Shown here piece after piece: positions 9,634 to 18,729 of a stretch of DNA of 57,495 bases. The notes below the pieces were generated by a model, which was given only the letters and a program-made list of their open reading frames with translations, searched no databases and had not been told where the DNA came from. Source of the stretch: Ktedonobacteria bacterium (GTDB lineage Bacteria > Chloroflexota > Ktedonobacteria > Ktedonobacterales > JACDGC01); the NCBI GenBank assembly GCA_027459525.1, contig DAIDIC010000070.1, forward strand, positions 1-57,495. The letters run 5' to 3'. Positions within the stretch are counted from its first letter, which is position 1. Every line of letters begins with the position of its first letter. The position numbers and the translations under genes are program-made.

Positions 9634-11322
9634 ATGACTTCTAATATTACAGATTCCCACAAGCGTTTTAAGTTTACCGCGTTAGCCTCAATGCTTATTA
9701 TTTTTACAACAGTGTTTGCAGCATGCGGCGGCAATAGCGGCGGCTCGGCGTCAAATACCCATACACTGAATATCGGTGGCAGCGTTGGCGCAAACTATAC
9801 TCAAAATTACAGTCCCTACAGCATCAATGGCGCAAACCCAGGTATTTTGGGCATGGTATATGAAACATTGTTTTTTGTAAACAGCTATGATGTCGCTGCC
9901 GCTCCGAAGCCGGTGCTTGGCTCTACATTCAGTTGGAGCAGCGACTATAAAACATTAACCGTTACTACACAGCAAGGCGTAAAATGGTCTGATGGCCAGC
10001 CATTTACAGCAAACGATGTAGCGTTCACTTTCAATATGCTGAAGCAATATCCCAAAGCCGACACAAACGGATTATGGGCTGCGTCCGCTGGCGTGGCTGC
10101 CCCGTTAAGCAGTGTTACAGCCTCGGATCCTAATACCGTTGTTTTCAGCTTTAATACTGCTCAGCCATTACTGCAATGGCAGATTCTTGGCAAAACATTT
10201 ATTGTTGCGCAGCACGTTTTTCAAGGACAAGACCCAACAACCTATAATACGGCCGCGCCGGTTGGCACAGGTCCATTTATGCTTGATAAATTTGATCCGA
10301 CAGTAATTACATACAAACGCAACCCGGATTTCCGCGCAGCAAGCTCATTGCAAGTAGATGAACTGCGTTACCCAACGGTAAAAGACAATAACACTTTGCA
10401 GCTTGAATTGCAAAATGGTGAAATTGATTGGGGCAGTTTCTTTGCGCCAAACCTGAACACCACATTTGTACAGCTCGATCCCGCGCATAACCATTATTGG
10501 ATGGCCCCTGCTGCGATATCGGCCCTGTATTTAAATTTGACATATCCGGAATTCCAGGATGTTCGTGTTCGTAAAGCCATCGCTGAAGCGCTGGACCGCA
10601 CACAAATGTCCCAATCCGCCGAAAGCGGCTATGAAGCGCCTGCTTCACCAACAGGCTTGGTTCTGCCAAACAACTCTGCGTGGCTGGATCCTTCATTGAA
10701 TAACCCATCATTTTCCGTTAATTATAGCGACGCAAATTCAATCTTAGACGCTGCTGGCTATAAAAAAGGCTCCGACGGCATTCGCGTAACCCCCGCCGGA
10801 AAGAAAATGAGCTATAAAATTATTGTGCCTGCGGGCTGGACCGATTGGGATCAGATTTGTTCCATTATTTCCCAAGATCTACAGAACATCGGTATTCAAG
10901 TTACCGTAAACCAAGAAACTTGGGGCGGCAACTATAACGCCGACCGCGGCTCACACAATTTTGATATGCTGATGGGTGGCAGCCTTGTTGGCCCCAATTC
11001 CGGCTACATGCTGTACGCTATGCTGGACAGCAAAGGCGCGTTTAACTGGGAAGGTTGGAATAATGCGGCAACCGATGCGGCGCTGAATGATTTCAACAGC
11101 ACAGCCGATCCAAATCAACAAAAAGCAGATATCATAAAAGTGGAAGATATCATGGTCAACAACATGCCGGTGATTCCTTTACTGAACGCTGCTGATTGGT
11201 TTGAATACAGCACCAAAAACTTTACGGGTTTCCCAGATCAAAACAACGCTTATGCCTCGGGCGCAACCTATAATTCACCCGATAATGAGCAGGTTGTGTT
11301 AAACTTAAAGCCCACAAATTAA
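9634..11322 (+). CDS. ABC transporter substrate-binding lipoprotein, family 5 (Opp/Dpp fold; probably oligosaccharide or muropeptide)
   Basis: Lipobox VFAAC. GVKWSDGQPFTANDVAFTF, PVGTGPF, DVRVRKAI. PAGWTDW resembles the sugar-binding family-5 subgroup. Confidence 0.9.
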   Translation: MTSNITDSHKRFKFTALASMLIIFTTVFAACGGNSGGSASNTHTLNIGGSVGANYTQNYSPYSINGANPGILGMVYETLFFVNSYDVAAAPKPVLGSTFSWSSDYKTLTVTTQQGVKWSDGQPFTANDVAFTFNMLKQYPKADTNGLWAASAGVAAPLSSVTASDPNTVVFSFNTAQPLLQWQILGKTFIVAQHVFQGQDPTTYNTAAPVGTGPFMLDKFDPTVITYKRNPDFRAASSLQVDELRYPTVKDNNTLQLELQNGEIDWGSFFAPNLNTTFVQLDPAHNHYWMAPAAISALYLNLTYPEFQDVRVRKAIAEALDRTQMSQSAESGYEAPASPTGLVLPNNSAWLDPSLNNPSFSVNYSDANSILDAAGYKKGSDGIRVTPAGKKMSYKIIVPAGWTDWDQICSIISQDLQNIGIQVTVNQETWGGNYNADRGSHNFDMLMGGSLVGPNSGYMLYAMLDSKGAFNWEGWNNAATDAALNDFNSTADPNQQKADIIKVEDIMVNNMPVIPLLNAADWFEYSTKNFTGFPDQNNAYASGATYNSPDNEQVVLNLKPTN

Positions 11323-11335
11323 TCTATCCGGACGT

Positions 11336-11579
11336 AACGGATCCGGCGGCAGCGCCGAAAAGCCACTTTAAGCTGGAAGAAGGCAACATTGCGGAAGAAT
11401 GCTTCCTGACATACGCCTTCTTGCAGCGCCGGCTAAAACCTGCCGCATAGCGCAGAACGCTGATATGGCGCGCTATGCCGGATGCGTTCATGTTACCGAT
11501 ATAATTTATTGTGGCATATTGGAAAGAGCCGGGTGAAAGGAATAACCTCACAATATCCTTTCATAGTTCGGCTCTTTCC
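11336..11579 (+). other. Highly structured intergenic RNA element between SBP and permease genes
   Basis: Complementary pairs 11336-47/11477-88, 11346-52/11440-46, 11372-84/11415-27, 11445-53/11470-78, plus a separate hairpin 11521-31/11569-79. Confidence 0.7.
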
Positions 11580-11668
11580 CATTAATCGTATATTTTGGGA
11601 AAATTACCCACACTGCTCGGAATATGCTGACGCACGCGCGGCTTTAAACCAAGCAGAGGAGGCTCGAC

Positions 11669-12658
11669 GTGAAGTATGTAATACGCCGTATCGGTTTTTA
11701 TTTATTGGCGGTATGGATTGCGGTTACTATCGGCTTTTTTTTGCCGCGATTAGCGCCTGGCAACCAAGCGGATAGTTTTATTGGCAGACTTGAAGCGAAT
11801 GGCCCATTGGCTCCTTCCGCAAAGCAAGCGATAGAAGTTGCGCTTGGTGTAGACACGAAAGACAATTTATTTGTCCAATACATCCATTTTTTGCAGAATC
11901 TGTTACACGGAAATTTTGGTGTTTCTTACTCGAATTATCCGCAGCCGGTGATGCAAGTAATATCAGAAAGTATTTTTTGGACAATTGGCCTGCTTACTGT
12001 TTCCATAGTTATTAGCTATATTTTAGGCACACTCATCGGCATTTTTTCCGCTTGGAAACGCGGCACGGCGTTTGACTCTATTGCGCCGGTTGCGACGAGT
12101 TTTCTTGCCTCTATTCCCTATTTTTGGATGGCGTTTATACTCGTCTATTTTTTAGGGGCGAAACTCCATTGGTTTCCTTATTACGGCGGCTACAACACAA
12201 ATTTTGACACCGGAACATATGCTTATTATCTAAGCATACTTTCACATGCAATTTTGCCGGCGCTTACATTGGTTATTTCTACCCTTGCAGGATGGCTGCT
12301 GACTATGCGCAATACCATGGTAACAACTTTGTCGGAAGATTATGTGCAATTAGCGCGCGCCAAAGGGCTGACAAACCGTCGTATTATGCTGATGTACGCT
12401 GCGCGCAACGCAATTTTGCCCAGCATTTCGGGGTTGGCGCTATCCATGGGATTTATTGTTGGCGGACAAATTGTTGTTGAATTGGTTTTTTCTTATCCCG
12501 GCATTGGGTATACACTGCTGCAAGCAATAAACGCAAATGACTATCCGCTGCTGCAAGCTATTTTTCTGATTATAACGTTAGCGGTTCTTGGAGCAAATTT
12601 TTTGGCGGAAATTGCATATATGCTGCTGGATCCTCGTATTCGGCAGGAAAGGAATTAA
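11669..12658 (+). CDS. ABC permease, OppB/DppB-like
   Basis: PRLAPG, GNFGVS, EDYVQLARAKGL EAA loop, DYPLLQ. GTG start after GAGGAGG. Confidence 0.93.
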   Translation: MKYVIRRIGFYLLAVWIAVTIGFFLPRLAPGNQADSFIGRLEANGPLAPSAKQAIEVALGVDTKDNLFVQYIHFLQNLLHGNFGVSYSNYPQPVMQVISESIFWTIGLLTVSIVISYILGTLIGIFSAWKRGTAFDSIAPVATSFLASIPYFWMAFILVYFLGAKLHWFPYYGGYNTNFDTGTYAYYLSILSHAILPALTLVISTLAGWLLTMRNTMVTTLSEDYVQLARAKGLTNRRIMLMYAARNAILPSISGLALSMGFIVGGQIVVELVFSYPGIGYTLLQAINANDYPLLQAIFLIITLAVLGANFLAEIAYMLLDPRIRQERN

Positions 12659-12663
12659 TTAAT

Positions 12664-13599
12664 ATGTCGCCAGCGTCAGATCAGTTAAATAGAATAAATA
12701 TCATTCAAAGCAATAAAACAATACTGTCTATTTGGAAATTTATTACCGGCAATATTAAGGTAACGATAGGCATTGGAATAGTCAGCTTTTTTTTATTAGT
12801 GGCTATTTTCGGTCCGTTGTTTATCCATAATAACCCCGCATTATATACACGACAGATTAATTTGCCGCCATCATGGCAGCATTTGTTAGGAACAACTACC
12901 GGCGGGCAAGATATTTTAGAGCAGCTTATTGTAGGAACCCGCACATCAATTTTTTGGGGCTTGGGCACAACCATTGCCATTGAAGGTCTTGGCGCCGTTA
13001 TTGGCGTTGTTGGCGCATATTTCGGCGGGTGGTGGGATGAACTGCTGACAGTGTTATCAAACGTGTTTTTAGTCATTCCGGGGTTAGTGCTGGCAATTGT
13101 GCTGGCAGCTTTTTTACCTCGCGGCTCGCTGACCGTATCTGCGGCAATTTTTGTCACATCATGGGCATATGTTGCGCGATCACTGCGCGCGCAAACGCTT
13201 TCGCTGCGCAGCCGTGATTTTATTACCGCCGCGCGATCCATGGGAGAACGAACATGGCGTATTTTATTTTTTGAAATTTTACCAAACGAGCTGCCGCTGG
13301 TTTCCGCCGGAATAGTCAACAATTTTTCTAATGTAATCGTCGCCATGGCTACGCTGGAATTTTTAGGGTTAGGAAGTTTAAACACGATAAGTTGGGGAAC
13401 TATGCTGTATTGGGCGCAAGTTAACTCTGCGCTGATTGTTGGGCAATGGTGGTGGTTTGTGCCGCCGGGTTTATGCATTGCGCTGTTCGGCGCAGGGTTA
13501 GCGCTGATTAATTATGGCATTGATGAAATTGCCGATCCTCGTTTGCATCAATTTAAGCTGCGCAAGCAAAAGCAAGTAAAAAAGGTAACAGCTATATGA
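12664..13599 (+). CDS. ABC permease, OppC/DppC-like
   Basis: HLLGTTTGGQD, RDFITAARSMGE, FLGLG, SWGTML, WWWFVPPG. Confidence 0.93.
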   Translation: MSPASDQLNRINIIQSNKTILSIWKFITGNIKVTIGIGIVSFFLLVAIFGPLFIHNNPALYTRQINLPPSWQHLLGTTTGGQDILEQLIVGTRTSIFWGLGTTIAIEGLGAVIGVVGAYFGGWWDELLTVLSNVFLVIPGLVLAIVLAAFLPRGSLTVSAAIFVTSWAYVARSLRAQTLSLRSRDFITAARSMGERTWRILFFEILPNELPLVSAGIVNNFSNVIVAMATLEFLGLGSLNTISWGTMLYWAQVNSALIVGQWWWFVPPGLCIALFGAGLALINYGIDEIADPRLHQFKLRKQKQVKKVTAI

Positions 13600-14666
13600 G
13601 CGATCCCATTCTTTCCGTTCATCATTTATCTATTGACTATGGCTACGAAGAAGACGCAACGCACGCCGTAACCGATGTCAGTTTTACATTGGGGCGCGGC
13701 GAATTTTTAGGGCTGGCAGGGGAAAGCGGTTGCGGCAAATCTACCTTGGCGTATGGCGTGGCAAATATTTTGCGCAACCCGGCAAATATTGTATCCGGAG
13801 AGATACTATATCACGGCGGCAATGCGGCTCCAATAAATATTTTAGCGCTTTCCGGCGCTGCCTTGCGGGCGTTTCGCTGGAATGAACTGGCAATTGTTTT
13901 TCAAAGCGCTATGAATGCGTTAAATCCGGTTTTATCGTTGCGCGCGCAAATACGCGATATTTTTACCACACATCGGCCGCAGATGTCTCGCAAAGAAATT
14001 GATCAACGCGCTGTTGAACTGCTGCAAATGGTGGGCATAGCGTCGGATCGTCTGCGCAGTTTTCCGCATGAACTCAGCGGCGGTATGCGGCAGCGCGCCG
14101 GCATTGCGCTGGCATTAGCGTTGAACCCAGATATTATTATTATGGATGAGCCTACAACAGCTTTGGACGTTGTGGCGCAGCGCGAAATACTATCCGAAAT
14201 GATTCGTCTGCGGCAGAATCTGCAATTTTCCGTTATTTTTATTACGCACGATCTTTCGCTATTACTGGAATTGGCAGATAATGTGGCAATTATGTATGCC
14301 GGACGCATTGTGGAGTATGGGGATCGGCGTAATGTATATGCCCACGCAAGGCACCCATACAGCTATGGATTGCTGCATTCTTTTCCGCCGCTGCGCGGTC
14401 CCGCAAAAAAAGTATATGGTATTGCCGGTTCACCTCCCGATTTACGCGCGCTGCCGCAGGGGTGCGCCTTTCACCCGCGTTGCCCGATGGCGTTTGCCGA
14501 CTGTCAATCGGCGCTGCCGATTCTCAAAGCTGCCGATCCTGCGATTCCGGCGCAGCACGCTGCCTGCCATTTATATGACGCGGCGCGGCGCGCTGAACCG
14601 CCGACAGAAGAAGATATTGCAGCAGCTTATTCTGTCAATGCAAAGAGAAGGGGAATGCGTGTATGA
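13596..14666 (+). CDS. ABC ATPase, OppD/DppD-like
   Basis: [37 protein letters not shown]. Confidence 0.95.
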   Translation: MSDPILSVHHLSIDYGYEEDATHAVTDVSFTLGRGEFLGLAGESGCGKSTLAYGVANILRNPANIVSGEILYHGGNAAPINILALSGAALRAFRWNELAIVFQSAMNALNPVLSLRAQIRDIFTTHRPQMSRKEIDQRAVELLQMVGIASDRLRSFPHELSGGMRQRAGIALALALNPDIIIMDEPTTALDVVAQREILSEMIRLRQNLQFSVIFITHDLSLLLELADNVAIMYAGRIVEYGDRRNVYAHARHPYSYGLLHSFPPLRGPAKKVYGIAGSPPDLRALPQGCAFHPRCPMAFADCQSALPILKAADPAIPAQHAACHLYDAARRAEPPTEEDIAAAYSVNAKRRGMRV

Positions 14667-15646
14667 AAGATGTAAATACACCAATATTAACCGTTCAGGG
14701 TTTGCAAAAATATTTTCCGGTGGGCAGTTTTGGAATACGGCGGCGTTATTTGCGCGCTGTTGAAGATGTATCTTTTTCACTGTACCCGGGCAAAGTAACT
14801 GCGCTGGTAGGTGAAAGCGGCAGCGGCAAAACAACGGTTGCGCGTGTGCTGGCGAGAATTTATGAACCGACTGCCGGTAAAATTTCCCTGAATGGACAAG
14901 ATGCGCGTTCAATTTCACAGCGCGCATATCGCCGTCGTGTACAGATGATATTCCAAGATCCATTTTCATCTTTAAATCCTGCAAATTCAGTTGAATATAC
15001 ACTAAGCAGGCCGCTTTTAGCGCACGGCCACGCCACGTTCCGCAGTGTCCGGCAGCATTTACCAAACCTGCTGCAGCGCGTTAGTTTAACTCCTGCGGAG
15101 CAATTTATGAAAAAACATCCCCATGAATTAAGCGGCGGGCAGCGGCAGCGGGTAGCCATTGCGAGGGCGCTGGCGGTAAAGCCAGAAATATTGCTGGCAG
15201 ATGAACCGGTTTCGATGCTGGATGTTTCAATTCGGTTGGATATTCTGAATTTGATGACGCAGCTAAAGGAAGAAGAGAAACTGGCAATTCTTTTTATTAC
15301 CCATGATATCGCCAGCGCCCGCTATTTTGCAGAAGAAACGTTGGTTATGTACGCCGGGCAAATGGTAGAAGGCGGCTCCAGCGAAGAAGTTACGCAACAG
15401 CCCAAACACCCATATACCCAATTACTGCTATCGGCGGCTCCCGACCCAGATCGTTTGGCAGATCCATCTGCGGAAATACCGGTTTTACCGGCGCGTGGCG
15501 AAATTCCCAGTCTTGTTCATCCGCCTTCGGGGTGCCGCTTTCACCCGCGCTGCCCCATAGCCACACAGGTTTGTAAAGAACGGTTTCCGCAGCGAACGGA
15601 GTTGGAAAACGGACACTGGGTTCACTGCCATAATTATAAACGATAG
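14663..15646 (+). CDS. ABC ATPase, OppF/DppF-like
   Basis: [38 protein letters not shown]. Confidence 0.95.
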   Translation: MKDVNTPILTVQGLQKYFPVGSFGIRRRYLRAVEDVSFSLYPGKVTALVGESGSGKTTVARVLARIYEPTAGKISLNGQDARSISQRAYRRRVQMIFQDPFSSLNPANSVEYTLSRPLLAHGHATFRSVRQHLPNLLQRVSLTPAEQFMKKHPHELSGGQRQRVAIARALAVKPEILLADEPVSMLDVSIRLDILNLMTQLKEEEKLAILFITHDIASARYFAEETLVMYAGQMVEGGSSEEVTQQPKHPYTQLLLSAAPDPDRLADPSAEIPVLPARGEIPSLVHPPSGCRFHPRCPIATQVCKERFPQRTELENGHWVHCHNYKR

Positions 15647-15782
15647 GACTTGCGCTTGAAAGAAACGCATATGTTTCTTGTATTTGAAGCAGAAGGGAGC
15701 TGGGGACACCTCAGAACCCCGTACAAGGGGCGACTGCCCCCTTGTACATCTCCCCGATGTTCCCTGTTGCAGCGAAAGTCCT
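15645..15782 (+). mobile_element. MITE-like repeat, copy 1 (~138 bp, TIR AGGACTT(G/T)CGC...GCGAAAGTCCT)
   Basis: Terminal inverted repeats, internal hairpin gtacaaggggc..gccccttgtac, and a homologous inverted copy at 39975-40108. Confidence 0.8.
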
Positions 15783-16266
15783 GAAACACGAGGCTTTAGG
15801 TTAAGGGGAAAAACATCGCCAAGCGCCAGCAGGGGTTCAATAGGGGCAGCCAAATTGCCTCTTGCATATCCCTTCTCTGTGGCAATATATCGCGCTTATC
15901 ATTGCGACGTATACGAGGTGATGGGACTTTTGGATGAAATATTATATGACTTTTTACCGAAGCAATCTACTGTTTTAGCGGCTTTATGGGCTATTTTGCT
16001 GCTTTCAGTATGCTATACTCGTCTTATATACATGTATATGGAACTGTAAACCAATCTTAATAGAAAATTTTTAAGATATATTTGTGGTTAGATATAAGCA
16101 GAGCGTTTACGTAAATTTATTGATTTGCAAGATTTTAAACTGTAACCTGAACGGAAGCAAAGCATAGGCAGGATTGCATGAGGCTGCGCGCCTCATAACA
16201 AGATTTGGGATGTTCCCAAATTTTTCTATGCCATTCTTTCAAGGTTCAGGTTTATAAAGGGGATAC

Positions 16267-16908
16267 ATGCCAAATAGCAATATGGTAAAAGATGATAAAA
16301 ACTCTTCGCAAAGCAGACGAAATATTTATTGGAATACCGACTTTTCCGATTGGGATAAAACCGTTTTACGCCGCGCCGTTCCCAAAAATTTAGCGGAGCC
16401 GGCGCCTGTCCCCGCCGTTGCAGCTTCACCCGATTGGTATAGCAAAGCTGTGCAATTAGCAGAAAAATATTTTCATAGCAAAGGCGAAGAGGTTGTTCGC
16501 ATTTTGCTGTTTTTAATTGTTGGAGGATCTGCGGCTTTAGTAAACCTTATTGCTGTTAGGGAATTAGACGCGCACGCCAAATTTTTGCCGTTTTGGGCAA
16601 TAAGCGCAATCGGCACAGAAATATCCATTATATATAACTTCGCGCTGAATGACCAAATTACTTTTCGCAGTCTAACCAAAAACTCTGGCAGGCCGATATG
16701 GCTGCGTTGCGCTCGCTTCCATTTGCCGGCGTCAGTCGGCTTTACGCTCACATTAATCCTTGCAACATCATTTCATACATTTGGGCGGCTTTCCGCTGTG
16801 ATGTCTCAGGCAATTGCCATTATCATAGTAACCGGTGTTAATTTTTTCATGCACCGATTTTGGACATTCCGTCCCAGCGCAAATACGGCGCAATCAGGCG
16901 CGCATTAG
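16267..16908 (+). CDS. GtrA-family membrane protein
   Basis: FLIVGGSAALVN, YNFALNDQITF, NFFMHRFWTF; four TM helices. Confidence 0.88.
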   Translation: MPNSNMVKDDKNSSQSRRNIYWNTDFSDWDKTVLRRAVPKNLAEPAPVPAVAASPDWYSKAVQLAEKYFHSKGEEVVRILLFLIVGGSAALVNLIAVRELDAHAKFLPFWAISAIGTEISIIYNFALNDQITFRSLTKNSGRPIWLRCARFHLPASVGFTLTLILATSFHTFGRLSAVMSQAIAIIIVTGVNFFMHRFWTFRPSANTAQSGAH

Positions 16909-17477
16909 GGAGCAGCCGGTTCTATATATTCAAATATCAGCTCTACCTTGCCTAAGCGAATAATATCGCCATTTCTCAACGCGGTTGGATGAAATGGCTC
17001 CAGCCGCTGGTTGTTTACGTAGGTATTGTTCGTGCTGCGCTGATCCTCAATATAATATTCGCCGCTTTCCCGCCAAACACGCGCATGGATGCGCGATACA
17101 CCGCCATCATCGCCGTGATGCAACGTTAAATCTAAATCTGGGTAGCTTTGTGATTGGGTGTCGGTTCTGCCAATAATAATTTCTTTCTCAGCGGAAAGCT
17201 CATAAATAGAATTATCTTCTGTAACTATCAATTTGGCAGATCGATTACGTGATTTAGCGCCGCGCTTTGCTTCGCTTTTTTCACGAAAAATTACTATGGG
17301 CAGCGCCGCGCCGCATTGCGCGCACTTATCTGCCGCGGGCATATTGGGGGCGCCGCAAACCTTGCACGCGCGCACAGCAACATGCAAAGCGCTGTCTTCT
17401 GTCAGCGGCTGCCCACAACTCTCGCAAAAATAAGCGCCGTCCGCGTTGGAAAAACCACATTCACATTGAACTGCCAT
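16905..17477 (-). CDS. Double zinc-ribbon + FHA domain protein
   Basis: CEC/CESC/CKVC/CAQC cysteine pairs. FHA motifs IGR, GVSRIHA, STNNTYVN, LRNGDIIRLG. Confidence 0.92.
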   Translation of the reverse strand: MAVQCECGFSNADGAYFCESCGQPLTEDSALHVAVRACKVCGAPNMPAADKCAQCGAALPIVIFREKSEAKRGAKSRNRSAKLIVTEDNSIYELSAEKEIIIGRTDTQSQSYPDLDLTLHHGDDGGVSRIHARVWRESGEYYIEDQRSTNNTYVNNQRLEPFHPTALRNGDIIRLGKVELIFEYIEPAAP

Positions 17478-18729
17478 AGTCTGCCTGCTCTCTTTCTGTA
17501 GATACGGGCGCCGGGCGCTGCATGGTAAGCGCGCTGGTTTTTAAGAGTAATTTTTTACGGGCTTCGGGAGTAATGATGGCGCCGCTGCGAAGCATTTGCA
17601 GCAATTCGCGGCCTTCACCATCATACAATTTTAGTATGCCTTCCGAGATATTAACCGGCTCCGAAGCTTTTTCCTGCAAGGCGCGCAAAATAATGCGCGC
17701 GGCGTTTACCCGCTGAATATAATACAAACTTAAGGGATCGGTGTGGGGGCGTTTTGCAACGCCGGCGCTGAACCGAACAACAACATCTGCCTGCTGCAAT
17801 CCCATAGTTCCGTCAGGCAGCGCATATTCTGCGCTGATTTTGGCCAGCCGGAATGATCCGGCTTTGCGCGGCTCTACCATAGTTTCAATCAGCAATATAA
17901 TCCGTGATGCGTATGCGGCGGCGCCAATGTGCAGCGGCAGCGCCGCCGCGCCTTCCGGGAGTTTAAGCTGCTCGTAAACGGCAAGCTGTGGCGCTACACG
18001 CGAAATATGCTGCAGGTCTACACCCGGCACGCAGGTTATCTGCGCTTTTATATTTTGCGCCGCAGTCAATTTTGCCGCGGCGATACGTTTTATCAGCTCT
18101 TGCTCAATTTCCGGCAAATTCGTAATAAAAGAAAATAGCGGCGACCCGGTTGCCGATACGGCCTTTAACAGCAACAGATCATCCCATTCGGCGCCGATAC
18201 CCAAAATATCAATACTGACGCCGGATTGCGCCGCTTTGGCAAATAAGTCTGCGCAATATTGCTCATCGTTGTGTGACGCGCCGTCGATAATCAGAATCAT
18301 TCGTTGCGTAAAAGACTCATTTGCGTGTTTTTCCAGCTCAGCTAACCCCATGCTAACGCCTAACGAAATCATGGTGCCGCCGCCTTCTTCTATTATGCCA
18401 ATAGCGTTTTGCAAAACAGCGCCATCAGCAGTTTTCTGCGAAGGAACCAAAACATCTACCATATCATCAAACGCTACAATAGAGCAAAAATCTTCGGGAT
18501 CCAGCATATCAACGGCGCGGCGCAGCGCTTCCTTCAGCGCAATTAATCGTATACCCTTCATAGACCCGGAGCGATCGACAACAAAAACGATGTTCATAGG
18601 CCGCGCCGGAATCGGTTGCAGCGGTGTGTGAATTTCTGCTATTGAATATACCATTTGCGCTGTTTGCGCAATTGGCAAAGGCTCTCGCGTGGCGCGCGAT
18701 GTTATGCGCAAAGCTGCTTCACTCATCAA
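17461..18729 (-). CDS. von Willebrand factor A (vWA) domain protein
   Basis: MIDAS motif VVDRSGSM, GGGT, IIDG. Overlaps both neighbours. Confidence 0.9.
   Translation of the reverse strand: MMSEAALRITSRATREPLPIAQTAQMVYSIAEIHTPLQPIPARPMNIVFVVDRSGSMKGIRLIALKEALRRAVDMLDPEDFCSIVAFDDMVDVLVPSQKTADGAVLQNAIGIIEEGGGTMISLGVSMGLAELEKHANESFTQRMILIIDGASHNDEQYCADLFAKAAQSGVSIDILGIGAEWDDLLLLKAVSATGSPLFSFITNLPEIEQELIKRIAAAKLTAAQNIKAQITCVPGVDLQHISRVAPQLAVYEQLKLPEGAAALPLHIGAAAYASRIILLIETMVEPRKAGSFRLAKISAEYALPDGTMGLQQADVVVRFSAGVAKRPHTDPLSLYYIQRVNAARIILRALQEKASEPVNISEGILKLYDGEGRELLQMLRSGAIITPEARKKLLLKTSALTMQRPAPVSTEREQADYGSSM

Noticed and set aside
11336-11490. glmS ribozyme (tempting given the amino-sugar context and AGCGCC words)
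   Set aside because: The conserved GACGAGG core is absent, and the element is not upstream of a glmS gene.
12705-13478. Long antisense ORFs (12705-13478, 40370-41095, 42591-43184, 54915-55640) and the alternative-frame ORF 8733-9374
   Set aside because: They are shadows of well-supported genes and contain no recognisable motifs.
15678-16049. ORFs 15678-16049 (+) and 15485-15853 (-), and 39975-40157 (+)
   Set aside because: They run through the MITE-like repeats and have no protein-like motifs; probably spurious.
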